Assembly: GCA_951406725.2 (NCBI GenBank)
Contig: OX597825.1
Coordinates: 3,968,001 to 4,032,000, forward strand
From: Octopus vulgaris
Lineage: Eukaryota
Length of the DNA stretch: 64,000 nucleotides
Reading direction: 5' to 3'
Shown here: positions 53,286 to 64,000 of the stretch, piece after piece
How the letters are laid out: every line of letters starts with the position of its first letter
Numbering within the stretch: position 1 is the first letter of the stretch
Position numbers and translations under genes: made by a program
The notes under the pieces: model-generated
What the model was told of the DNA's origin: nothing
Seen by the model: the letters and a program-made list of their open reading frames with translations, nothing else
Database searches by the model: none

Positions 53286-54169
53286 ACTTTGGACTCTGTG
53301 ATCCGGCCTGCCCTGCATTCAACATTAGAATCCTTGCTATCATTTCGATATATTTCAAGGAATATACATCTTGTATATTTTCTCTCTGGTATCCTGGAAA
53401 TTATATCTAAAACACAAACATTATATCTTGTCTCGTCTGGAGAGAGTCATTACGACAATAATTATAAACACACGTACTGGTTCAATACCATTTCTTTATT
53501 TTTAGTCAATCCATACATATCAAACGAACTAATATATTGATTGTGTGTCGCATATATTAGTTAAAAAAAAACTCAAACGGTTGATTCTCCAAGAATGTAT
53601 AAATAGTTTCTATCTCATTAGTTGTATTTATTTATCTCATCTTTAATATTCGATGTCATTCCCGTTGATATCATTTCTGATTTAATCATACTTAGAAGAT
53701 TGATGCTCAAATTTTCGAAGAAACGCAATGCAAATTTCCGCTGTACAGTTTTTCTGGTCGTCCACGGAAGAATTCGTGGAATGCTGAAATTGCTATGGAT
53801 TGTTGGTTGGCCTAGACGGCGTTACGCATCACTGAACTAGAATATTAAAGAAATGCCAATAAGCACCAAATTTCATTTAGATTTCTATACATAAAAAGGC
53901 TGCCATTTGCTTTCCTTGATTTTCACTAATATACTGTGAACATAAGGGTATCTTGCTATTTCTTGGAATATATTCTGAAGCTAGCTGCTCTGTAGAATAA
54001 CATATTTCTCCATGACAATTTAATATGAAAATAGAGGTGTGACAACAACAACACATATTTTTGTGTGTGCATGTGTGTGAACGTACGTGTATGCGTGTGT
54101 GCGCGCATGCATTTACATTTGTAAGATTCTCCCTTCCCCTCTTTCCCTTATATACAGGCACACGTGCAC

Positions 54170-54231
<62 letters not shown>

Positions 54232-56015
54232 ATTTCTGGTCAATCATCATTATGAGCATTAAGATCATAGTGCACACAAATTTAGTCTTTACACATGTGG
54301 TTCTCGTGATGAGTAATCAGCTTGGCTCTTGATTAGCACACACGCTCAGGGATATGGCAGGAGAAATGTTCCTCATTCACTACACAGCTTGCTTAAATTG
54401 AAGCGTATTTTACCGAAAATATGCACTCCTTTATTTTCTTCTGTCCACCGGTAGTAACGATGAAAAACATTTTTTTGGCCTTATTTTAAATGGCCCACCC
54501 CCCACGCAACATACGCAACATATATGTATAAGTACATATATATATACATAGAGAATTATACATGTATAACATGGACTGTGCCCTTTTCCGATTAAGCGAG
54601 TATGACCTCTCAATGACAAACTGCAGTGAAATGTATTTTCCGGGTTCACATCTCTTACAAACAAATATATTTGAACTGGTCTTCAGCCTCTTTAACCTCA
54701 GTCACAAAAGAAAGAAAATACTCCTTGTAACCAAATCATTTAATAGAAATGAATACGGCAGGTAATGTCTTTAAGTACTAATTTCGAATATTTTTGCAAA
54801 TATATGAAATAATATTTGTAATAATATTTTTTTAATGTGGGATCTCTCCAGATACTGGAATTGAATTTAATAATTTCATTGTGAAAACGGAAATGGATAG
54901 GCGTCGAATGTAACTGTTGGAGATTAAATCGTTCACCAATGAACCTTGACGTGTATATTATGATATATTTTTAAGTAAGTTGAGAAATAACGGAAACAAA
55001 TGAGAATAGTTTCGTATATGCATATATTCAAGTATAAATACATATATAAACTTATGTCTGTGTGCGTGTGTGCATATGTGTGTATAAAATAACACTAACC
55101 TATATACATATATGAAGCAGATATATGCCTATACTTATCCACAGGAATGTACGGTCTTTCTTTCAAATATTTATTAGGGAGTGAATTCAATCGGTATATT
55201 TTGCGCATTATATTAGATTTCCGTTGAAAAGAATTTGTTAATACATAATTAAAGCGGAAATGCTTTGCTAGAAACAAATGTATATATTAATATATATACA
55301 ACAATAAACTCCATGCACAATGTACAAAATTGAATTCAATATTAATAGAAAATAATATACTGGCATATAAGCGTGTAGATATTCTCGAAGATACGTATGT
55401 AAGACACGGTGCGTTATAAATGCCTCGATGCATAGAAAGAAAATGTGTTTATAAGCCATGGCACCTGAAATGTAAACATGCGATTAAAAAAAATATTGCC
55501 AGATCAATACGTCTCACAAGCTTCTTTAATCTTGCTAACATTCGTGTTCCAAAATCTGCTATATATACATACAGGCATCTGTCTGTCCCCCCTCTCTCTC
55601 TATATATATATATATATCTTTCTCTCTCTCTCTCTCTCTTTCTATATATATATATAAAGTGTTATTTTTATATATATGTATATGTGTGTGTGACTGTGTG
55701 TTTTGCATAAGTATTTGTATAGCATCAACATACGCACCTAATTATAACGTGGTGAGTTGCAAAATAGAATTTATACACTTCAGATGAAGGAAAAATCCTT
55801 CATAATACAAATGTTATATTAAATTATGTGTCTGTACCTATAACTCTGAACTCGGGAAGAACATTTATATGTTTACGACTGAAGTTAAAAAGAGGCATGA
55901 TAAGACTTTGTCAAATGTCAACTGTTCTTGCTGGTTTATGTAATGTGTTTAAAATAGCAAGAACATATGGCTATACAATTCGTAAAAGTAGTGGGTGTTG
56001 TCTTTATATTTTCGC

Positions 56016-56279
56016 TTTTACTTGTTTCAATCATTAAAGTGCAGCCATGCAGGTGCGTCACCTTGAAGAATTTTTAGTGAAATGAATCGACCCTTGTACA
56101 TATTTTCTTAAATAAAATGTGACAGGTTTCGTTCAGGTTACTGAAACAAATCTACTCACAAGGCATTGGTCAGCAATAAACTATAGGAGAAGGCATTTTA
56201 CCGAAGATGTCACCATGTGCGACTGAACCCGACGTTTATAGTTGAGAAGCGAGCCTCTCATCACAGATCCACGGCTGCA
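56016..56279 (-). mobile_element. SINE family B with an internal deletion
   Basis: TTTTACTTGTTTCAATCATT...GCAGCCATGC and GACTGAACCCGAC...GAGAAGCGAGC. Confidence 0.7.
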
Positions 56280-58564
56280 GTAATGTTTGATGGATATATG
56301 GTCGGCTTTCTCTGTCATACAGGCGATATGCTTTCGTTCGTCTCTTTTGCTAGTTATCATGTATCTATATCCAGGATTATTTTCATAACTAAGCATATCT
56401 TACAATTATCCATACTCAGTCTGACAGTCGTTTAGTTATATCAGTGAAGATGGTGATATGGAAACAAGTGGAATCACTTCTGGTTATCCACAGTATAGAT
56501 TAAACAACTGTAATTTATGTCCTGCTTTTTTGTAAAATAATTCTTGATGAAATGGCAAAAGGCTAGGTGAATGAATATTTCTCTCTTCTAAACAAGATCA
56601 CGTTAGCAGTTGTAAAACAGGGCGTGTAGAAATGCCGAATAGATGCCGAAATTGTTTCTGAGCAGACGTTTCACCTGCAAAATCGTCACCGATTGAGAGA
56701 TTTTGGCGCTGTTTTATCCCTGGATTTCTTTAAACCCAAAGTCAGTTTGGCATACACGAGTGTTCATCTAGTGCCACTCCTAGACCGTAAAGGCAGAACA
56801 ACAGTAGGACTAGCCTTTCGCGTATTGATGGCCGCTCAAAACATAAAAAAAACAAGTTGTATGGATGTTCACTGCGTCTAGGAATAAAACGGAAGCTAAA
56901 GAAATACTTGTGTTTATAAACTGAGGCTAAATATCACTTTGTTAAATGTACATATGGAAATATACTTAAAGTTTGTCCACAATCACTTTATATCAGTTTT
57001 AGATATGTGAGTATGTGAATTTGCGCGCGCATGTACATTTGTTTGTGATTGTATGCATAGGAATGCGTTTTCATGTGTGTGTGAGATTTGCCGTGCTCTT
57101 CTGATGTTTAGATAACCTTCAAAACCTATCCTTCATTAACAGAAGCTGATAAATTAATTCATATATTTTACTTGATACAGATTGGTTGTAAACGATACCT
57201 CCCGGATGGTAGTATTCAGAATTGTATGCATATCATACATATTGTAAAGCAATAAAATATGCATAAATTATATTTGATATTTTCGTTCTTAGTTCTGCAA
57301 CGCATTTTTAATATTTTAAAAGAAAAACAAAAGGTAGCTTATGGGGATATGGAAGTCGAAGTCTGCATCAAACAATGGAATGATAAAATATGCATTATAT
57401 TGTGTGAGATAACCAGTAGAATCAACGATGCGTAAAACAACCACAGTAATGGTTTATGAAGCAATTATCATATGGAACCGAACACGAGTTATTGATTAAA
57501 TGTGACAGAAAGAACTGTAGCAATTAATAATGCATAAATTAACATATTGGCAAATGTTAGACGTAGATTTGCCGAAAGCAATTCTTGGATAAAGCCATGC
57601 TTTTCAGAAGCAAATGGATTACTTGTCAAGAATTATTATAATTATTAATTTTAGAAAATTAATATGGAGTCTAAAAATTGATGTAATCTATAATATTAAT
57701 GCAGAGTGGATATGGATATCCAACTGGATATATAAGGAAATACTGTTGTAACACTGTTATAGTATAGTTTTCTGTTGCATCTATAATTGATATAGTTATA
57801 TCATAGTTATATATTTCCGATAGTTTTCTTGATATACGCATCGTATAAACCTAAGAAGATCTCATTGTAGAGCATCCTCTCAATTACAATCGGTGTTGTT
57901 GATCTCGCTTCTTAATCCCGAGTAATTATAAAACAGAGTTCTACATAGACCATTATTGCTAGCAATACATGTATCTATTTTATCTCCGAACGAATTACCT
58001 AATTAATATAAATAACGTTCTATAATGAGCTAATTATTACAGCAATTATCACTGAGTTGTGCTTAATTCGTTCATGACGAATATGTCCCCTATTTAATTA
58101 CCATCACTGTTAATTTTAAACATGTTTTATAGTTACATTTATTATTGTATACTGCTTTCATTTCATTCGTTCGTTGGCTAATATTAACTTATTCTTATAC
58201 CTTGCTTTATTCCTTCTTTCTTACCGATTGTGCATAGTTGTTAATGTTTCCTTTCATTTAATATATTACGACTAGCAGTGAAAGCCATTGGGCAAATTAA
58301 TATGCAATTAATTACATGACATGTTGAGGTGGGAAATGTTATATTTATTATGAAGATGAAAGCCTGATCACCTCCTTGTTTAGAAATTTTATTAATGTAT
58401 TCCACACTATGTTTGAAGTTATTCAAAATTTATCGCTAATTCTCCCCTAGAGGAGCATTATACTGTGAAGATTACGACGTAGTTATAAAGACAGTTGAAA
58501 GAGAGATTACAGAATCATACCTTTAGACCTGTTTAGGCAACGCTATTGAATATAACAGTGCTAG

Positions 58565-58635
<71 letters not shown>

Positions 58636-59556
58636 TATATATACACATATGCATACAGATTTGTGTGTGTATGTGTTTATGTTATGTATACATACTCATA
58701 TTTATATGTGTGTGTGTGTGTGTATATGCTTGTATGTTTGTATGTATTGTTTGCATTTATTGAATACACATCTTGTTTAATAACCTGATACACATATTTT
58801 TCCAAGTTGTATAGCCCCGGTAATCTTATTATTCGGAAACTTTATACCTCATATTCTTGATCGGAAAATAAAACCGATACGGTTTATAAATTTTGTATTG
58901 TCAGTATATTAAGATTTCAGAAACAACAATTATTCTAAATGGCTCAGTAATTTCTAGAATATAAAAGGAATATTTCCATAACAAAATTTGGAAAATAGAA
59001 TTCGAGAGAATGTAGTTCACACGTTTCAAAGTTTTTTTGCAGAAATGCTATTTCTCTTTTGGCTTCCTGTTATTTACTATAATTACTCGGAAGACAATTA
59101 ATGGTTGAAATCAGTTATGTTTAACGTAAAGAATTATACTAATTCTGCCTAATAGTCAGCATGTCATCGTACTCTCAAAAAGTATCTCACTCAAAGAATT
59201 TATTGCACATTAGAATATCGATGAATATAGAAATGTTTTTTTATTAAATGAGTCAAATACTTGTTCTCTAGTAATGAATAATAATTCAATTTTATTCAAA
59301 TAGAATTTCCTCTTAAAATTTAATTGTATTACTGAACTTATAATAATACTCTAGTGTATCCGGTCTATTATTTCTCACCATTACATACTTAACAACGGGA
59401 ACTGATTATCGATAACTTTCAATAACTTACAAGAAAAGAGAAGAAAATATCTGGGCATGGCTCATCACATACATTCCTATATAAATGTAGTATACTTGTA
59501 CTGAGGCCAGTAATCATGCTTTATAACACCACAAAACACAACATATAGTTTGTCTG

Positions 59557-59750
59557 TTACTTGTTTCAGTCATTAAACTGCGGCCATTATAGGGCACAGC
59601 TTTGAAGTGGTTTCTTCGGACGAATTGACCCCAGTACATATACTCATTCGGTCTCTTAAACCACTTAATGTAGCGCCTAAAGTGCGCAAAATAACAGAGT
59701 TATTTAGAGAGTTGCACAGTTGTGATAGGGACCTACAAAATCACAAACAC
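59557..59750 (-). mobile_element. SINE family B, 3' half
   Basis: TTACTTGTTTCAGTCATTAAACTGCGGCCAT...GACCCCAGTAC. Confidence 0.65.
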
Positions 59751-60168
59751 ACACATGCACACATGTGCGCGCGCACACACACACACGTGTATAAAGAGAA
59801 ATGGAAAGAGAGAGAGAGAGAGACATAGAAAGGTAGCTAAATGCACTTAGGAGGCTTCTGCCAACAAAATACAAATCATGAAAATAAACAGAAAAATATA
59901 TAATATATATTTTGTGTGCTTTGTGCATATAATTCTGAAGGCTAACTGTATTTATATACATTATCACCATCATAATAGCTCGATGTGTACTGCTCCTATA
60001 GACAAAACTATGTCATGGGCCCGAATTTAAAGTTCACATTCGTTTGAGCATTACTGCGTATTATCTATACTGAGATAATTTTGCTCTTCCTCACATACTC
60101 AGTACTTCTCTCTCACTCTCCTTATCTCTCCCTCTGTCTCTCTTTCTCTCTCTCTATCTCTCTCTCTA

Positions 60169-60205
<37 letters not shown>

Positions 60206-60664
60206 CAAATGTAAGCGATTGAGCTGAGTATCTTTGTTAGAAACCAGATCCTTCCCCGAAGAAAGCCCTCAAAATTTATAAACTGGAGAGTACATACACA
60301 CCTATAACGCTTTTCTTTCAGCACTCGACCAGCAAATCTGCTTCGATGCTCTTCATCGCCTCGGGGTTCTGCTACAAATTCAACGCAGAGGGACTGCACC
60401 GATGAACATGGGGCCATGAGGCTGGAAAGCAGCGCCCTCTCTACACACAATTATGAACACATCACATCATGAATACAAGATACTAAACTTATGCTTAAGA
60501 AAATGTGCAATTAACTTCACATAATAATTAGTGACCGGCTTAAAACTTATACTCTAAATCTAATATAAACAAATTCCAAACAAGTATCATTTTATAAAAT
60601 TAAATATATTTCTGGATTCTTTTGGTCTCTCTCTTCTTCCATATGCTAAACCAGCATTGCTAAG

Positions 60665-60724
60665 GACAATGTGTTATCCTATGCAAACAACGACGACAAT
60701 GTGTTATCCTATGCAAACAACGAC
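60665..60724 (+). repeat. Perfect 30-bp tandem duplication
   Basis: GACAATGTGTTATCCTATGCAAACAACGAC twice. Confidence 0.95.
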
Positions 60725-60798
60725 GTCCTTTCAATAATCTCTGACATTCGGTTAGTTTTAAAACATAACACAGGCGATTGAATGAAATAGGCACATTT

Positions 60799-60819
60799 GT
60801 AGTAGCAGCAGCAGCAGCT

Positions 60820-60905
<86 letters not shown>

Positions 60906-60968
60906 CGTAGTGGCGGTGGTGGCGGTGGTGTTGGTGGCAGTAGTAGTAGTAGTAGTAATAGTAGTAGT
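60799..60968. repeat. (GTA)n microsatellite with GCA/GTG variants
   Basis: Direct observation; it explains the poly-V ORF 60778..61128. Confidence 0.95.
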
Positions 60969-61001
60969 ATACTATATTTCAGGCATTATATTTCAGGCAA
61001 A

Positions 61002-61569
61002 AGGCGACGAGCTGGCAGAATCGTTAGCGCGCCGGGCGAAATGCGTAGCAGTATTTCGTCTGCCGTTACGTTCTGAGTTCAAATTCCGCCGAGGTCGACT
61101 TTGCCTTTCATCCTTTCGGGGTCGATAAATTAAGTACCAGTTACGCACTGGGGTCGATGTAATCCACTTTATCTGTTTGCCTCTCCTTGTTTGTCCTCTC
61201 TGTGTTTAGCCCCTTGTGGGTAATAAACAAATAGGTATTTCGTGGGTCGCTACGTTCTGACTTAAAATTCCGCCGAGGGTTACTTTGCCTTTCATCCTTT
61301 CTATGTTGATTAAATAAATACCAGTTTCGCACTGGGGTCGATGTAATCGTCTTAAACCGTTTGTCTGTCCTTGCTTGTCCCCTCTGTGTAGCCCCTTGTG
61401 GGTAGTAAAGAAATAAGTATTTCGGCTGTCTTCACGTTCTGTATTCAAATGCCGCTGGAGTCGACTTTGCTTTCATCCTTTAGAGGTCAATAAATTAATT
61501 ACCAGTTGTGTACTGGGGTGGATCAAATCGACTGCCACCCTCCCACCAAAATAGTGCCTATAGTAGAAA
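61002..61569 (+). mobile_element. SINE family A trimer: one headed unit plus two headless tandem units
   Basis: GTATTTCG...GCCTTTCATCCTTT...CTGGGGT recurs about every 185 bp (61050, 61235, 61417). Confidence 0.85.
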
Positions 61570-62091
61570 TCGATGCATATACAGATTTCTTAAAGAGAGT
61601 CATTAATGATATAATTCTGCATATGCAAGTGTTTTATTGATATATTTTATGATTCTATTCCATAATCGTTTTGAAGAATGAAAATTATTAATGAAATGTT
61701 GCCAAAATTATTCTAAATATTAAATAGTTTTATACTTCCATGAGGGAATTATAAAGCGAGACAATATTAGTTTAAAGGGAGAAAACTAACAGTTGGTTTT
61801 TGTCGTAGCTTTTTTTATATTACCGAAATTTTTATGTACACTGTGAATGTGCCCTTTGAATGACATTTCTCTATTTTAGCTTTTTCAATACCCTGATAAT
61901 GTTTTAATGTATACCTTGACCAACAAAAATATTGTAATCGACCATATTTAATCTGGACGGGATTCTAATTTGCCCTATAACATGATTTCTATATTTGTCT
62001 GTCTCTTACTTTCACTAACAATGGTCTGTATTTATTTAGGTCCTTCCTTCAAATTCATAGCCATGTGATTGAATCAGAAAACAAAAATTAC

Positions 62092-62235
62092 CGCGTGTAG
62101 TAAGTAATTCCGTGTTGAGTCCCATCGCGATGAAAATGGGACAAGTGACTTCTGCCATAGCCTTGGGTCAATCAATTCCTTGTAAGTAGATTTGGTAGAC
62201 GTAAACTGAAAACACGTCGTGTATATATACGAACA

Positions 62236-62278
<43 letters not shown>

Positions 62279-62452
62279 ATGATTGCTCCGCCATCAAAGC
62301 TTATCAAAGGAGACCGACGGAGTACCAAACGGACCAGACTGTTTAGGTCAGGTAAGTTGGAAGAAGGAGTATATCGGTCGATTCATTCTATTAAAATTCT
62401 TCAAGATGGCCTCCCAGCATAGCCGCAGTCTTATAACAGACACAAGTAGAAA
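62092..62452 (+). mobile_element. SINE family B, diverged
   Basis: GATTTGGTAGACGTAAACTGAAA...(TA)n...CCCAGCATAGCCGCAGTC...ACAAGTAGAAA. Confidence 0.7.
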
Positions 62453-62933
62453 TGCAAACCAAAAAACATGCATAAAATAAAATATATACCACGTTACTAT
62501 GGCTTGACATGCGAAACGTCACATTTTCCTATAATTGCTGTACTGTTTGTTCCGAATAGCTTTTGGTTATGTCTCTCATCCGAAAATCGTCTTACCTCTC
62601 TGATCACCCTATCGAAGTTATTGTTTTAAAAAATTTACCATGTTTATACATTGAACTTGTATCATATAAAAACAAAGTGTTCGTTGTAGATTACAAAATC
62701 GGCCATTTCTTTTCACATAAAAGTGTTTAATGGTAAACAATTTCTCTGAAGTTATAAATATGTAGGAGGTGCATTAGCTATAAAGGCTGATAAAAATTAA
62801 TTTTAATAAAGTGTATTAAATTTACAAAACAGAGATAGAACATTCTTAGAACTATAAAATATGTACTAACGTCTAGTGTTGAATTCCTTTGATCTTTAGT
62901 CTTTCGAGATCGACAGGTTTGGTATATGTATAG

Positions 62934-62934
<1 letters not shown>

Positions 62935-62978
<44 letters not shown>
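62935..62978. repeat. (TG)n microsatellite
   Basis: Direct observation. Confidence 0.95.
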
Positions 62979-62980
<2 letters not shown>

Positions 62981-63839
62981 ATTGTGTCTAGGAGATTGCC
63001 TAATATAATTTATTAGGTAAAGAGTGCATAATCTAATGTTCAATTTTATGTAATTAACATATGCACAGAAAATGAAATATGATGATAAGAAATTGTGATT
63101 TAAACCTTCGCAGACAACTTCAATGCGTCTCGTCAGAAATTGCTATGGCCTCATGGGCATCGTCTATACACACGGCTGCTAAAACAATGGTAAGACTTTC
63201 TCTGTTTTTATGATAGAATTTTGGTTATCACAGTGTTTTAGACACGTCCGGTTAGAGTTGGTCATTACAAAATGATTATCTTCACATAAGTGGGTGGTTT
63301 TAACTATCAGTAACACCTCGCCGAATTGAATTCACAGCAGGAAAATAATGTTACTATGATAGTCTTCTGTTTTGTTTGTTAATGGTGTTTGGATATATAC
63401 TCATTCGTAATATCGAAATGTCTTTGTAAAGTCAGAAGCATTATCTTTTACTGACTTCATCTCATGGTATGAGAAAAGAAAAGACAATAGTTAGTCCGCG
63501 CAATTTACCTGGTTCAATGTGCAGAATGTGATCTAATGACTAAAACCTGTAACAATGTGGACTATAAATAAAGGTGTGTGAATAGATGTGTGTAGGGACA
63601 AAGGAAATGGGAACTTACATCATAATTGATGCATCACTATCCCGTTTGAATTGGTTTTTATCTGCAGTTAACTACCTGCATGAAATAAAATCTACGCAAC
63701 GTATATTGCAAGGGAAAGTTTAAAAGATATGCACTAAGAAAAGCATATTGATGCACCAGCTCCTTGAATTGCAAAAGCGCTACACTATAAATTGTTTAGG
63801 TTTAACTTTCTTTAATTGCTTTTTGTTTTTACACTGTAA

Positions 63840-64000
63840 GGCTGTGATGTGGTTGAATAAGGTAAAATGCGGGTCAAAGCATCGCCAGTTTTCCGTTTTT
63901 ACATTCTTATTTAAAATTCTTCCGGATTTGACTTAGCCTTTTATCAATTCTGGGTCGATAAAATAAGTTCCAATTGAACACCGGGGTCGATGTAATCGAG
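63840..64000 (+). mobile_element. Diverged SINE family A, cut by the window end
   Basis: GCCTTTTATC...GGGTCGATAAAATAAG...GGGGTCGATGTAATCGA. Confidence 0.6.

Noticed and set aside
58520-58565. GGCAACGC...GTGCTAGT, a possible Helitron 3' end
   Set aside because: The hairpin is not intact and no body or 5' end was found.
60665-60724. 30-bp direct repeat as a CRISPR-like array
   Set aside because: Only two adjacent copies, no spacer and a eukaryotic context.

Overview
AT-rich, microsatellite-dense eukaryotic DNA with no identifiable host protein-coding exon; the SINE, LINE and microsatellite content resembles a cephalopod (Octopus-like) genome, which is an inference from repeat recognition only. 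It holds several tRNA-derived SINE families, four R4/Dong-type restriction-like-endonuclease LINE remnants, a CR1/L2-group LINE 3' end, Helitron and mariner remnants, and many Penelope-like (PLE) terminal fragments with degenerate minimal hammerhead motifs. The main finding is a young array of 491-bp units at 38852-40633, inserted in (AT)n. Its full copies carry an intact type I hammerhead ribozyme (CUGAAGA...GAAA...GUA) with a long, G.U-rich stem II. One unit lies on the minus strand, joined 5'-to-5' to about 2.6 tandem plus-strand units. This fits a non-LTR retrozyme predicted to release a 491-nt self-cleaved, circularisable RNA, probably inserted by PLE machinery. All coordinates and pairings were read by eye; family names need Dfam/Repbase/Rfam confirmation.
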